From positions 11,904,001 to 11,968,000 of the forward strand of contig CM059446.1 of NCBI GenBank assembly GCA_030390025.1: a DNA stretch of 64,000 nt, read 5' to 3'. Below the pieces are notes generated by a model. The model saw only the letters and a list, made by a program, of their open reading frames with translations, had not been told where the DNA came from and did no database searches. The position numbers were made by a program, and so were the translations under genes. Positions 1-14,164 of this stretch are shown here, piece by piece. The stretch's first letter is position 1; every line of letters begins with the position of its first letter. Source of the stretch: Squalus acanthias. Taxonomy: Eukaryota.

Positions 1-559
1 TACAGTCTCTTCCAGTTTCTAATCAGAAAACATCAGAATAATTGAGGGGCAAAGTTGACAGTTGTGGATGTCTTGCATCACGTTAACACAGTCGAATTTG
101 TTACCCTGTAAGTAAATAAAGACAGGAGAGGATGCAGTTAATTATTTCCTGCTAGGCCTGTCAGGGTTGAGCCTGGAGGTGAAAGAGGTCTGAGGGGTGT
201 TGAGATTGACAGTTCATCTAAATGACAACAAGCTATAAAAAAATCCACTATCTTGTCAGCTATATTGCACCTGATGTCTGCCTTTTAAAGATCTGCTAGT
301 TAATGAATAAATCTAATTTGTGTTAGTAAAGAACGCCTGGTTTACAGCAGTTAAGTGATGAAAAGGACCAATCTCAGTGTTGGTCTTGAATAGCAGAAAT
401 ATTTCCCCCCCAATTTGACCTTTACAGCATCACAGCCAAGCCCCATTCTGTTTAAAGTAACAACTAACAGGGTCCGTGATCAGTGATAAGGAAAGGACAT
501 GTCCAGACCTACATCTGGGACCTCCACCAGCCTTTCAACCCCTCCTGAACTTTCCCTTC

Positions 560-990
560 CTGTCCTCTTGTGCATCCCATTTTCCTTCACTCCCACCTTT
601 GACAGCTACGCCTTTTAATTGCCTAGGTCCCATTATTTGGAACTCCCTCCCTAAACCTCTCCACTCTCTGCCACCTTCTTCTCCTGTGAGACCCTCCTTA
701 AGACTCACCTCTTTGACAAAGCTTTTGGCCAGCAAAAACTCCTTCTTCAGCTAAGTGTCCATTTTTCCCTTGTGCCTCTGTGAAGCGCTTTGGGATGCTT
801 TTCACATTACAGATGCTGTATAAATGTAAATTGTTGCTGTTTACGATCGCCTCCCTTAAAACCCACCTCTTTGCTGAAGCCTCGAGTCTTTCGTAACCTC
901 TCTTGAGGTTTGCATCCATTTCTCACCATGCCTCTGTAAAGGCCCGGGATATTTTTCTATGTTAAAGACACTATATAAATCTATGTTGTA
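560..990 (+). mobile_element. Two adjacent L2-type LINE 3' ends
   Basis: FNCLGPIIWNSLPKPL; tails tgtgaagcgctttgggatg...tgtataaatgtaaattgttgctg and tgtaaaggcccgggatatttttctatgttaaagacactatataaat. Confidence 0.75.
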
Positions 991-1544
991 GTAGAAGAAG
1001 AAATATGCTGTAGTTTATATGGTTGACATTTTTTTCTCACCTGCCCCCCCCCCCCCCCCCCCACTTTAGCCGAGGACACTGATGACAATTGTAGAACCTC
1101 AAAATCTTGCTTGGGCTGGTATTAACTGACTTGGTACAGACATGAAATAAAATCTGTGTCTTTCTTGATCAGTATTGCCAGGCTTAGTAGGAATATGTAT
1201 ACACGGTATTGTAACTCTCCAGTGTTCTTAACATTCTCTCTTCATGGACATATGATTAGTCAATAACAACTTCCATGTAGGAGAGCATCTTGGAGCATTT
1301 TACAGTGAATGATGAGTAGGAGATGGGAAAGATGGAAGGGGAAACCAAAAGCACTTTAGGGTTATGGTAGAAAATAACATTTACTTGCATGTTGTTGAAT
1401 TTAAATTCTGAAGACTAATGTTTCATAATGTGTGTCATATTCACATAATTGTGGTCACAGTCTTAATGAAAAATATTTAACAGTATAAATTAATTTTTCA
1501 AACCCCTTCAGAAGTAAAAGCAAAAGCAATATACTATTGGATTC

Positions 1545-1802
1545 CATAGTAAATGAAACAGTGTACTGTACATTGATATAGGCCATCCAAAACACTTCAC
1601 ACCCAATTAATTACTTTTGTGGTGTTGTTACTGTTGTTTTGAAAGCAACTGTGTTCGCCTGCTTACTCACATCAAAGTCCCACAAACTGTAAACGAATGA
1701 CCTGCACTAATTAAAGACTGTGACGTTGGTTGAGGGAGGCATGTTGGCCAGGACATTGGTAGAACTCCTTGCTCATCTATAAATAGTGCAATGGGATCTT
1801 TT
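1545..1802 (-). mobile_element. SacSINE1-like SINE 3' half
   Basis: Antisense of the SINE body and tail (caaagtcccacaaactg...gttggttgagggagg..tgttggccaggaca..gaactccttgctc..aaatagtgcaatgggatcttt). Confidence 0.65.
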
Positions 1803-1804
1803 GG

Positions 1805-1879
1805 GGAGCAGCGCTCCGAAAGCTTGTGATTTCAAATAAAGCTGTTGGACTATAACCTGGTGTTGTGCGACTTCTCACT
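1805..1879 (+). mobile_element. Truncated family A Penelope-like fragment
   Basis: ggagcagcgctccgaaagcttgtgatttcaaataaagctgttggactataacctggtgttgtgcgacttctca matches ~25362-25436. Retains helix II and GAAA but lacks the CUGANGA box. Confidence 0.7.
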
Positions 1880-1914
1880 ATTTAAAAGTGTCAGTCTAAA
1901 TTATGTTGTTAAGT

Positions 1915-2290
1915 CAAGGCCTTGGAGAAGGTGCAGAGGAGATTTTCTAGAATGGTGCCAGAGATGAGGGACTTCAGTTGTATGGAGAGACGAGAAAAGC
2001 TGGGATTGTTCTCCTTAGAGCAGAGAAGGTTAAGGGGAGATATAATGGAGGTGTTCAAAATCATGAAGGGTTTTGATAGAGTAATTAAGGAGAAACTGTT
2101 TCCAGTGGGAGGAGTGTCAGTAACCAGAGGACACAGATTTAAGATAATTGGCAAAAGAACTAAAGGGGACATGAGAAAAAAAAAATTTACACAGCAATTT
2201 ATGATGATCTGGAATGTACTAACTGAAAGTGTGGTGGAAGCAGATTCTATAGTAACTTTAAAAATGGAATTGGATATATACTTGAAAACT
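1915..2290 (+). mobile_element. CR1 LINE fragment (ORF2 C-terminus)
   Basis: LEKVQRRFSRMVPEMRDFS...LGLFSLEQRRLRGD..EVFKIMKG...TRGHRFK, the typical CR1 ORF2 tail. Confidence 0.9.
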
Positions 2291-2569
2291 CTCAGCCTTC
2301 TGACTCCAGTATTTCCTAGGATGAAGACGACCGTGATCTCCTGATCTACAATTTGAGTGTGTCTTTCTGAAGGGAGTTTCAGGTTTACGGTGAAGCTCAA
2401 TTTTCGAACTGTGACTTCATCCCAAGGGTTAGACAAGATGATTTCTGAGGCTATCAGAGCTTAATAAAAACATAAAGAAAAAGCTTAAGGGGAACACAGA
2501 GTAGTACATATAGAAAGAGACACAAAAAAGACATATCAAGAGAGACTGAGAGTGTGGCAGGAAGATTTC

Positions 2570-2810
2570 AACAACAATAATTTGCGTTTATCTAGCACTT
2601 TTAATGTAGAGAGGCTTCAGAGACATAATTTTAAAAATTGGACAAGCCAAAGTAGGAGACGTTTGAGGGGTGACCAAAGCTTTGTTAGAGATGGGTTTTA
2701 AGGAGGGTCTTAAAGGCGAAGAGGGAGGTAGTAAGACCGAGGGAATTCCAGCTCATAAGGCCTCGGCGTCTGAAGGCAGGCTGTCAATCGTAGAACAAAG
2801 GGGATTCTGC
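2570..2810 (-). mobile_element. L2-type LINE 3' end
   Basis: Homologous to 10739-11215 (caacaacaataatttgcgtttatctagcacttttaatgtag...gtgaccaaagctt..gggaattccag). Confidence 0.75.
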
Positions 2811-5800
2811 AACAAAATCATTTTACATCATACAACTCCTGGTTTTTTTTGTTGAAACGTGTACAGCACAAATTTTTCATGTGTATTTTTAAAAGTAAAT
2901 ATACTGACTCTTGTATTGATGGCCCCTTTGGCACAATCCTATTGATTCTAAATTTCTTGAATTATGAATTGTTTTGTCCTTTAGTGTGCAATCACAAGTT
3001 ACTGTAATGCAGATGTGTTACGACTTCAAATGTTGGTACTTTTCTGACAAACACATTGGTTCTGTAATTATACTCTACATATGATGGCCCCAAATTATAT
3101 CCAATTTTAGCTATTCTCTGTTTGTTCAGGGATGTTACTGCACCAAAACCATACTTTTCCTGCTTTCCACAGGAGATGGGGAATAACAAGGATATGTTCA
3201 GTTCACTGCTATTACCTGTGATTTGCTTTACCAAGGGAAATCCTGCCCTACTGGCTGTACTGTGCCATTAAACCTATTCAACCTTTGGGGGAATATGTTT
3301 TGCCCTAGCACTCAGTAGCAATGCGACGATGGAGGAATATTTCCATTATGCACTAGGTATAGTGAAATCATAATGCATGGTTATGATTTTGCTGCACCTG
3401 GTGCACAGAGGAAACCTTCCCTCATAGTCGCCTTATAATTCGTAAGCACACATTTGTAGATGCTCTACAGTATAGCATTTGCTGAGCAAATCTTAAAAGA
3501 CAGGGAAAAAACTTCTGTGGCAGCTTTTTATTTATTTTCCTTAGTATGACTCAAGTCAAGTGATACAAGTGCCGATCTTGCTTCAGGTGAACCTTTCTTC
3601 TGACAAATAAAAATTGATCTTAATGAGTCCGTATGTGCCGTGCAAAAAAAAAAAGTCTGAATTGTTAGAAACTTATATCAATTACTTGTTGTTGAAAAAT
3701 AAATTTATATGTTGGACTTCAAACATATTCTTTGTGCAAAACAGCTATCAACTACTGATGGTCATTAAGCTCTTGAAAGCAATAACTACGTGTTTTAAAA
3801 TACAAATTGAAAGTTAATACTGTAAATGGAATTTTATGGTTTCCTTTTTTCTCTAAAAGAACATTTTAACCTTTTGAGAAAGGTGTCTAGTGTCAGTCTC
3901 AGTTTTCATGACATTGAAGTACAGAACAGCCTGGGGAGTTGTCACAAAGAAATGCTGTCTCTTCAGTGATGGTTTCGGCTCTCAGTAGAGAAAGATGAAT
4001 GATAACTATATTTCTTAAACTATGCTTGTCAGCTTTGCTCCTCAGCGAAAGGCAAGAGGTGGTTCAGCTAAAATTCAGATGTTGATTTGCAGCCCACAAG
4101 AAAAACGGAGGGTCAAGGACTGATGGATAAGCTTATTTTCAGTGGAGCTGCTTCTTCGGAATAACATTTACTTGGGGCATACTTGATTACAAATTTGACT
4201 TGAAATATGTAGAACTTAACAATTCAAAGAGCTGCATTCATCCTATTGTCAAGGTCTGTCAAAGTAAATCAACCATGTCAGTTAATCGGCGTGGATAAAT
4301 AAAATTCTGTAAATCTGCACCTTTATGTACACAAGGGTATTAAAACTGCCTTTTTACTTGATTACTGCTTCTCCTTTGTGATGTATGGAAATGCCTGTGG
4401 TCATGTGACAGGTCTTGGTTTACTTTATTTGATACGTTGTCAGGGTTTGATTTAAACCTGCTAGGCCTGCTGCCTCAGCGCCTTCTCATCTAGTCCCGTC
4501 AGGGGTACTCATTCATTACCCACACTAGAGCAGTTTTATAGTGACAAGCAGTCATTAGTTATGACAGTATTTAGTCAAGCCTCTTTGTGGCAATATAAAT
4601 GTTCACTTTACTAAATTGCCAGTCAAGGCTGTCTTCCCAGGAAGTTGTCATCCTCCAACTAAATCAAGCCATTTGCATTTCTTCTCTGCCTCCATTTAAT
4701 CAACATCCTGGGAGCCAGCCGTGATGAAATTACTAAGTGATTGATTGCTCTGACACGTCCCAGCCAATATCTCTGTAAATCAATACTTGTGCAGGTCAGA
4801 GCTCTGAATATTTTTGTTTCAGATTTAATACAGAGATGGCCACTTTCCTTATTTTTATTTTTTTGGCCATAACCCAAGTATTATTGTTTGCAAGAACTTT
4901 GTACTGTGAGGCTTTTCTTCTAGTTTCGCAATTCTGTTAACTTTGTAAAGAAACAAGGATTGTAGTATCTGCGCAACACTGAAGCAGATTTGTAATGATT
5001 CTGTTTCGAATAGTCGAGTATGTTGAACATCTTTCAGTTTGGGCAATACAAAAGGATGTTCTCTTTTTTGCCCTTTGAATACCACTAGAAATATGCATTC
5101 TACCTGATCAAACTTTGTTTAATATTCAGAGTGAGCTTTGTATTGATGAGCCTGTTGCCATTATCATACTTCGAATGTCACACCTGTAAAGCAGGAGAAA
5201 AATTTAGTATTCCGAGGCTTAATGATTATTCAGGATAGTGTCTGTGTTGTGCAGTATATAGAAGCTGCTGACAGGTGCCAGAAATCCGGTCCTGCAGAAA
5301 CTATTAGCCAACGACAGCCTGCATCTTTTGGCCACAGGCTGAAGACTGATTGCCTTTTCTCACATGGCATTTCTCAGGAGCTGACAGTAGTACTGAGAAA
5401 TAGGCTAGCTGGGGTCAAATGTCATGTTTGTATAGCTGTGGTTGCCCAGAACTTTGTTTCTTTGGTTTGAGGATTGTCAGATACTAATAGCTGAAGAGTG
5501 AGAAGATATTGACTGAAATCACTGGGGAAAATATAGTAGTATTGAAATGCATAAATAATATGACAGACATAATTTCTTTTGACAAGTTTTGGACTAGCCT
5601 GAGGAAAGTGAGCTTTACTCTGTTTAATTTTGTGGAAAAAGTGGGTTTTTTTTTCACACTCCCCATTTTGGATCCCCATATGCCATGCACCATCTTCTAC
5701 TATTAAGAGTTTGCAAACTTCTTCCAAGTATTCACCTGTCCCTCTTTGAAACAGATGGCTGGGAATAGTGTGAGAGCAGTCTGAGTTGCTACTTCTGATA

Positions 5801-5971
5801 ATTTTTGTTGGCTCCACCAATGTTCCCGTTAAGCGGCTGCACAGCGGTCTCAAGGTCCCGCGCAGGCCGCTTGCCAGCTTCACAATGCAAAAAAACGCGC
5901 ATGCGCGGAAGTTTAAATGGGCCACGCAGCCCGTTAAAGGGGCTGTGCACAGCAGAGATCAGAAACATGAT

Positions 5972-6717
5972 GGGCCGGATTTTACAACCCCTACAGGTGC
6001 GTATGAGGTGTGTACGCACCCATAGGGGCCGCGTAAGTGCCGGGTTTAGGCATGCGAAGCGCATGCGCTAAAACCCGGCACTTATGATCTGTTAAGAATC
6101 CTCTTGACAGTTCGCACGCATGCCCGGGAGACGGGCCTCCGTGGGCAGAGAGTTCCGCTTTCTGCACAACCTCCGCCCGCTGAAAGCCTTTAAAAATCTT
6201 ACGCCTGGTAAAAGCCTGCGTAAGGCCTGCTTTTACCAGCATATTAAAAAAAAAAAATTTTTTTCACTCATTTATAATTTTAAAATACTTTTTAAAAAGG
6301 TAAGTTTATTTTTAGCCCTGTAAAAAAAACTTTAATTATTTTTTTCAAAAAATTAAATTTTTGTTTAAAATATTGAATTTAATGTAATTTTAAATATGTG
6401 ATTTAAAAAAAAAATTATTTAATGTTTAACTTTTTTAAGTGATCCCTATTCATACTTTTGACAGATCTGTGCGTAGAGAACTGTCAAAAGTGTGAAGGGG
6501 GATTCCCTTCTTTGATTGGTTCCCCATGGCCCACGTGATCCTAGGGGCGCTTGCGAACCGCATGCGCTCCTGGGATAACTGGGCCTTTGTGCATTTCCTC
6601 GAGCAGAGGCCCAGGATCGGAAGTCTCGGGGCCTACGGAGCCTGCAAGTAAGTGCGTAGATTTTTTCCGATCAGAGGCATCCGCCCGCAGGAAGCCTCTG
6701 ATCAGAAATTCAGACCC
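5972..6717. mobile_element. Non-autonomous TIR element (MITE), PIF/Harbinger-like
   Basis: Imperfect TIR GGGCCGGATTTT / AAATTCAGACCC; GC-rich arms with hairpins (taagtgccgggttt..aaacccggcactta; gatcagaggc..gcctctgatc); AT-rich core. TSD is ambiguous (atg/atg if the left end is 5973). Confidence 0.7.
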
Positions 6718-6944
6718 ATGTATCGGGGTTATCGTGTGAACTGATGCCACAGTGAGCACATCCCAAGCTTAAAGAGTGGTAGCTATCTGATTCCAGGCTT
6801 CTGCCAATATTATTGGAGATGGCTTGCTGGGTGTTTGGCTCTGGACTTTTTCATGTTTTTTGTTTAAATACTTGTAATGCAAGAGAATATAGATTCTGTG
6901 ATGGAAAGCACAAACCACGTTGTCTTTTAGTTGCTTGGGGATTC

Positions 6945-7870
6945 TTTAGGGTGCAAATTACTCTGGGCCTGTCACAAGGATTTATCTTTGACTCCCTCCT
7001 CTTCCTCATCTGCATGCTGCCCCTAGTGACATCATCCACAGGCATGGGGTCATCAACCATATGTATGCTGATAACATCCCTTGAACCCAAAACTATCTAT
7101 GTGCATTAACGGCTGAAGTCAAAATTTCTTCCAGCTGAACATTTGGGAGACAGAAGCCATAGTTTTTGGTCCCCATCATCAATACCACACCCTTGCCACT
7201 GATTCCATCGCCTTACCCAACCACTCCCTCAAGCTGAATCAGGCCATCCAAAACCTTAGCATTTGCTCATCCTAGAGATGAGTTTAAAGCTCCAGATTTT
7301 ATCTGCCACCAGGACCATTTCCATCTCCTCAGCATTGCTTGCCTTCGCCCCTACCTCTGCCAGGTCCCTTATCCATACTTTTGTCACCTCTAAACTTGAT
7401 TTCTCTAACGTTTTTCTTGTCGGCCTTCCATCCATCACGAGCTATAAACTCCAGCTGGTTCAAAACTCAGAATTCTCCTCTGATCTAAGTCCTGCTCTAT
7501 ACCCCAGTCCCCACTTGGCTCCCTGCCCCTCAATGAATTTGAAATTCTCGTCTTCATCTTCAGATCCTCCATGACCTTGCCCCACCCTACTTAAGTCCTT
7601 CTGTGCACCCTCTCCTCCTTTTCCCTACAATTGGGTTACATATTTCAGTCACCATGACCCTGCTAACTGAAAGTCCCTCTCAACTTCTCTCTCCAGTTTT
7701 AGAAACCTAAGAACATTTTTTTCCAACCAAAGAGTCAGTCATCTCTTCTAACTCTCCCACCATGGCCCAGTGTGCGCTCCTTTTTTATATTTTTAGTTAT
7801 TTTCCCCTGTAAAGTGCCGTGGGACATTTTCTACATTAAAGACGTTATATAAATACAAGTTGCTATTGTT
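6945..7870 (+). mobile_element. Degenerate L2-type LINE RT and 3' end
   Basis: LIHTFVTSKLDFSNVFLVGLP...KLQLVQNS and H.YAD; tail tgtaaagtgccgtgggacattttctacattaaagacgttatataaatacaagttg. Confidence 0.8.
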
Positions 7871-9454
7871 CTGGAGCATTTCTCTCCTTTTTCTAAGCAA
7901 ATGAAATCAAGAGGAAATGGAGCTTTGTCAGTGGCAGCACACTGGAGATGTGTTGATGTCACGTCATACAGCATTTCCAGAGACCAACAAGCGTAGATTG
8001 CTGCTGGAACTGTTGGGCCACCCTAATTATCAGCCAGTTTTACCGAGCTCTGTTACAACAGCAGTGAGTAGCCATTTAACAGCTGTGTGCAGAAATGGTT
8101 GGCACAATATTATCCAATAATTTTCTTTCAAAATGTACAATTGAAGATGCATTTTAACTCTTTTTAATGGAAGGGGGAAACGACGCATTGCAGATTATCC
8201 CTCTGAGAACTTCAAATTGTAACTTGGGTGCCAATGCCATGCTGAGGTTTTCAATGCACTGGTGCCAGAAGTACAGTGAAAAAAAATTACTGGTGTGAGC
8301 AAGTATTGAAGTAATCGAGGGCACCGCTTAGAGGTGCTCTTGCTTCATTATTGCCCTGTACAGTTTGTATGAAGCTAATCTTTGAACTTGGCTGTTACAA
8401 AACTGTAAAAACAAACTATGTACACAGCACTTTCCTTTCTAACTTCCACTAATTAGAAAGAGCTGACTGTTTTGTCAGCTCTTCTCAAATAGGTCAGAAT
8501 TGAGGTGGATAAGCAGTACTTGGGCCTATGTTCAAATCTGTTGGCACAAATCTGCACCTTCCTCCTCCCCCCCACCCCAATCCATTAGAAAGTGAGCATG
8601 TGGTGCAATTCTGATGCACAGCTTGCATTTCTGCGAAATATTATTGGCCTTGTCGGTGCAGTGTAGAGAAACCGTAAAAGAGATAGACTAGCAACAATGA
8701 GCCATGCTACATTTCTCTGTGGGATCTGTTCTGTCTTGCTATTTGATCAGAGCATTCAGTACAAAAAAAAGTTCGCTCTTGCCCCCTTTCTATCCCAACT
8801 TCATTCTTCCTTTTTTCTGTCTGTTTCCCTGTTTTCTGCTTAATAGGTTTTCTTTTCATTTTCTGATTTAATTCTGCTCCTTGTTCTTTGCCAAAGTGTT
8901 GCATGTGAGGACCCAGATTAACCAGTTGGTGATAGGTTAGTCAGGTATTCGGCACTGGATTTGAACATTGAGGTGGCTAGTGTGGTGCAAGCTGCCCTGT
9001 GTAAGACATTCCACCATGCTGAAGGAACATGTCCCTTGAGCAGCTAAATTTGGGATGAAGACTGCCGGAAGGCATTACCTGGAAGCTAGGCGTAAGAAAT
9101 GTTGTGCCTATATTCAGGGCTAAGTGTTTACTATAATTCCTGGATGGATACGCAATTAGAAGCTTACCAATGCTTTGTGCTGGCTGTCTGCATGGTTTTA
9201 GCTGATAAAACTTCAACAGTACCCAGTGTACACAACCCTAAGCATTGGGTCTGCCAATCTGCACTTAATCTCTGGGTTTACGTAGCGGGTGTATCTCTAG
9301 GGGAGAGAGTGTGCACTTGATAGCGGGCAGATAAAATTCTACCTCTGCGAATTTCTCAGTAGCTTGGTTGAGGACAACGTAGCCTGATCCTGCTCCTATT
9401 TCGTGTGTCCAATTCTGTTAGGTTCAGGAGATGGTTCTGTGATAGTAGATTGGC

Positions 9455-9545
9455 GGTTAGGATCAGATCAGCCATGATCTTATTGAATGGCGGAGCAGGC
9501 TCGAGGGGCCAATTGGCCTACTCCTGCTCCTATTTCTTATGTAAT
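9455..9545 (+). mobile_element. CR1 3' UTR fragment
   Basis: gatcagccatgatcttattgaatggcggagcaggctcgaggggccaattggcctactcctgctcctatttcttatgt matches the tail of the 22461-23400 copy. Confidence 0.8.
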
Positions 9546-10077
9546 GGATTTTCATGCATGCTGGACATCTAGTTGAGCAAATAAAATGTGTCTGCCTTGG
9601 GTCAGCTCCTGGATCCAAGACATATTATTCACACTATTGTGATGCCACAGAAACTGCCTTTACTTGTGTTACTCCATGTACATTTCAAAACAAATGTTTA
9701 GAAATGACTGCCAAAAATCATTTTTTTTTATATAAGTTATTTGAAACTATAGTGGACCATTAGTAGACCTCACTAATAGTGAGTTAGTTCAGGTGTCACG
9801 GAAAATGATACGGGCCTTTTTTTAATTTAAGATACCCTATCAAATCCTTTAATACCTCAATTAGATCATATAGTATTAGTGTAATTCCACTGCAATAATT
9901 TTATTAACTTATGTTTATTATGGTAATATAATGTACTGTGTGATGAATATGTGCATGCTTATAATTAAAAAGTGCCTTTAACACTTTTTGCTCCAGTGCA
10001 CTGCAGTTACTGCTGCACAGGACATGGGTTCAATTATTGCAACAACTTAGTACATTTTTTATTCATTTTATTTTTAG

Positions 10078-10170
10078 GATTTAAATGATGTTGAAACACA
10101 GCACCTTCTGCAGTCCCTTTTGCCCGAGATGGCTGAACTGGCTCTACGACTACCAGCTGTTTGTACCCAG
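10078..10170 (+). CDS. PARG: PARG internal exon (93 nt, phase 0-0): DLNDVETQHLLQSLLPEMAELALRLPAVCTQ
   Basis: Polypyrimidine tract ending tttttag, donor gtaagt. Aligns by eye to human PARG [31 protein letters not shown] (recalled) and splices in frame to the next exon. Not in the ORF track. Confidence 0.9.
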
Positions 10171-10738
10171 GTAAGTAACGAAACTCAGCGAAGCTTGAAG
10201 TTTCATTTCTTGAAGCCTGGACAAATTCACGTAAGCTATAAGTAATAGAAGGGGTCGGGCTGTTGGGCCTGGGTTATATTTTTTATAAGTTGTCATTATT
10301 ACTCCTTTTGTCATTTCAAATTAAGAATAGTACAATTAAGAATAGCAGCGCAATGGTAGTTGTTTTTTTATATCATTCTGCCAAAGGTGGGAACAATCTT
10401 CAACAGTGAGATATTAACTTAAGTGGATGACTAGGTGTTGTGCACATCAGGTATAGTACATTTAAACAACAGGCGGACCCCACAGAATGGCATCCGACTG
10501 CTGAAATCACTGTTACATTTCTTCTGGTCAATTCCACTTGGGGCTGAGGCATTTTGTTGGAGGCAGACGAAAGGGAGCTTGAGGGCAACATAAATGGAAC
10601 TTTACTCTGTATCCAACTGTGCTCTGCCTGATCTGGGAATACTTAGTGCTCACAGTGAATGCTTAAAATGGAGTGAACCATTGTCCAGCACATAATGAGC
10701 ACAAAAAAATCCCACAAAAAAGATCCGGTTAACTGATT

Positions 10739-11215
10739 ACAACAACAACTTGTATTTATATAGCGCCTTTAACGTAGTAAAACGTCTCAAGGCGCTTCAC
10801 TGGAGTATTATAAGACAAAGTATTTGACACTGAGCCATATAAGGAGAAATTAGGGCAGGTGACCAAAAGCTTAGTCAGAGGTAGGTTTTAAGGAGTGTCT
10901 TAAAGGAGGAAAGAGAGGTAGCGAGGCGGAGAGGTTTAGGCAGGGAATTCCAGAGCTTAGGGCCTAGGCAACAGAAGGCACGGCCACCACTAGTTGAACG
11001 ATTATAATCAGGGATGCTCAAGAGGGCAGAATTAGAGGAGCGCAGATATCTCGGGAGACGGCGGGGTGGGGGTGGGGGCAAGCGAGGGGTTTTGGGGCTG
11101 AAGGAGATTACAAAGATAGGGAGGGGCGAGGCCATGGAGGGATTTGAAAACAACGATGAGAATTTTGAAATCGAGGCATTGCTTAACCGGGAGCCAATGT
11201 AGGTCAACGAGCACA
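10739..11215 (-). mobile_element. L2-type LINE 3' end
   Basis: LVDLHWLPVKQCLDFKIL...GGRAFCCLGPKLWNSLPKPLR..SFKTLLKTYL; (caa)n tail. Confidence 0.88.
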
Positions 11216-11367
11216 GTGATTAGTGATTTATGTGAGTCATCAGGAAAAATAGTTGACAGAAGTGATGTAAATATATATAAATTCCTTGGCTAACAGCAAA
11301 TGTTTTACATTCCAGCAACTAATTTGACACTCCAGTATTGAAGGATTTTAAATCTTCAATATTATTT

Positions 11368-11782
11368 AAGTTATCAGTTGGTAGCACTCTTGCTATTTCT
11401 GAGTCAGAGAGATATGGGTTCAAGCACCACTACAAACTTGGCTGGAATTTCAGTGCAGTACTAAGAGAGCTGCCATTGTCGAATGAGACGTTAAACCGAA
11501 GCCCAGCCTGCCTGTTCAGATGGACAGGAAAGATCTCATTGCACTATTCAAAGAAGAACAGCAAGTTCTTATGATGCACTGCACAGTACTTTTCCTTCAA
11601 CCACAAATATTAATTGGACATTCATTTATTTGCTGTTTGTGGGACCTTGCGATTCACAAATAGGTTGCAGTGTTTGCAAGTATAACAGTGACTCAAACGT
11701 AATTCATTGGCTATAAAGTGCTTTGACACATCCTGAGAATGTGATAAGGTGCTATATAAATGAAAGTATATTCTTCTTTCTT
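11368..11782 (+). mobile_element. tRNA-headed Deu-domain SINE (SacSINE1-like) with L2 tail
   Basis: A box (tcagttggtagcactcttgc), B box (gggttcaagc), Deu-like core atgagacgttaaaccgaagccc, tail aggtgctatataaatgaaagt. Family name is from recall. Confidence 0.75.
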
Positions 11783-14164
11783 CAACTATCAAAATTGCTT
11801 TTTCTGTTTATTTGGCAAAGTAACAGTTTGATTGGTTTCTATATTCAATGAAATAGATTACAATGCAATAGGCCTTTATGGCATGAAGTGTGTTTAAGTG
11901 TATAGCAGCAGTTACGCAAGATAAATGGACTCTTCCCTGAAATTTAGGTAGAATATCACAACACGGGGACTACCAAGAATTCTACGTAGAAAAAAATATT
12001 AGGTGCAGACATTAAATTTTGAGTCATAACTTTGCCATGCAAATTATCATAATTTGTACAATTCTGTTTTATGGGTGCATTTAGTAGTATAAAGAGAATA
12101 ACACTTTGTGTCAGAAGAAAGTACTTTTACAGCAGATTTGAGATGGTACTAAATGTAGTGGATATGCCATGATCTGAAGTTAAATAATATGATCAAATTA
12201 CCTTGATTCGATGGTCATTTCCTTTGCATTACCACATTTTACCTGTCTGTTTATCTTTCCCATGTATAGATTTTAAAAAAACAGTCCTACCAGTTTAGCT
12301 AAAAGTTTAATTCTGCCAGCATGTTGAGACTGACATACTGGGTCAGGGTGGAGACACTGATTTGACGTCAGTGAAAAGCTGTGCCATTGAACAATTAGAG
12401 AGCACTGTCCTTTTTTTTTCTTTCTTTGGTAATGATCTAGAGTGGACATTAATTCCCTGAACCAGTGTCAGGTAAGTACACAGCCATACTTGACTGCTGC
12501 TGTCTTGACGAATTGATGCCCACTCAAGATTGTCAACCTTTTCCTTCATGGATGACGATCTCCATTCTTTGAGACCAGCAGCTCACTGACTCTGTTTATT
12601 CCTGATTTCAGCTGAGCATAAATCAGTGGCTGCAACTGACCTGATGCATCTTGGTCTCTTGAGGGGGCCTAGGCATGGGGGAGCCCAGGTGGGAATGTTG
12701 GGTAAAAACTGAAGTTTGCCGCTAATGGGGCTTTTTTCTTTTAAAATTTGTACTTGGGGAAGATGAAAGGAGGAAATACTGAACAGCACTTTCCTTTTTA
12801 AAATTGCTTGGGAATTAATTACTACTAAATGTATTGGGTTGACTATGAGTTATCTGTTTTGAATTTCTTTTTATGTGTAGTCAGCTTTTTGTGTTGAATG
12901 CAACTATTTTATGAATAAAAGTCACGTTCAATACATAGTGATATTCGTCAAATAGATTGTTGTCAGCAAGAGGACCAAAAATAAATGTACTCTATTATTA
13001 AGGGGTAGAACTACTTCATAACAGTGTATTAGTTATAGAGTAATAGGAAGTGATCACTTTTTCAGACAGAGAGACTTGTATTTATATAGCACCTTATCAC
13101 ATCTCGAACAGTTGACAAGTAATGAAATGCTCCAATCAAATGGTATCCAACTAATCTGCAACTGAAATAAGTCAAATAGACACAAAGACTGAGCCGTTTA
13201 AATACAGTTTTATTTTTGAAAGAGGTGAACTTTTTATGCTCAATGATATGTAGGATATCAATGCTAGGAATTGAATGATTTTCTACTTTCTGAACTCAGC
13301 ATCTGTATTCAGCATTTCCACATCAGGTTTATCGTAGGTTAAGTACATGCTAAAGCTGGCTCCGCTCTGTTCCAGTCATATTTCCCAGTCCCAGTCTCAT
13401 AGATCACCAACTATGTCAGCGTGACATTTCCATTTCTCTCACCAGCCATTCTTGAGGTCTCACTGAGTGATGCTGTCAATTTGGTACAAAATCATGGACA
13501 GTTTTTTATTGTGAAGTGGAACCAGCCAGGACAAGCTCATTTCACTTGGGGGGGGCGGGGTGTGGGGTGGGGCCTTGCAACCATCAGAATGTGCTATTCC
13601 ATCAGTGTGGGCTGGATTATAACACAGGTTCAAGAGGGTGAAAGGACAGTGTTCTAACCAATGCATTATCCAGTTCCCCATCAGATAACCTAGTTGAAAG
13701 AAACAATAGGAGAAAATATTTTTTTTAATTGTATGGCATTATAGAAGGAACTTGTAAAATGTCTGGGGAGGTGTTACGATATGCCATTGACAAAAGAGGA
13801 AAGCAGGTGCAAGCACAGCAGGAGAGCTTTATGCTGCTTATGTAAAGATGGAATTACCAAGAAAGTACAAATTCTGGTTATTCCAGTCTGGCTTGATTCG
13901 ACGAGTGCAGTGGTTACAAACTATCTCTGAAGTTTGTCAGGGGTGGGGAACATGGAGTGAAAGGCTTGAAGCAATGGTTGGGAGTGTTGAAAATACTTGC
14001 GTATGTGTAACATACAGGGAAGTGTGGAATATGAAATGTAAGAATGTGCACTGATAATGATGAGAGTCACCAGACCCTGTTACAGCAAACTTGCAACCAA
14101 ATGTGTTTAATGTTGTTTTATCTTTATTTTTGTCCTTAGTTTCTTCATCATTCTGTTCAATAAG

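Noticed and set aside
1044-1062. Poly-C/G runs (also ~29340-29372, 44526-44560, 59178-59196, 61013-61027)
   Set aside because: Simple homopolymer or low-complexity tracts with no further supporting structure.
1-10077. Expected upstream PARG exon (DAILKYN..KKWDFTAL)
   Set aside because: Not found by eye; probably upstream of the window, although a diverged short exon could have been missed.
11368-11450. tRNA-like A/B boxes (also at ~16058-16120)
   Set aside because: No complete cloverleaf, and the sequence continues into a SINE body and L2-type tail.
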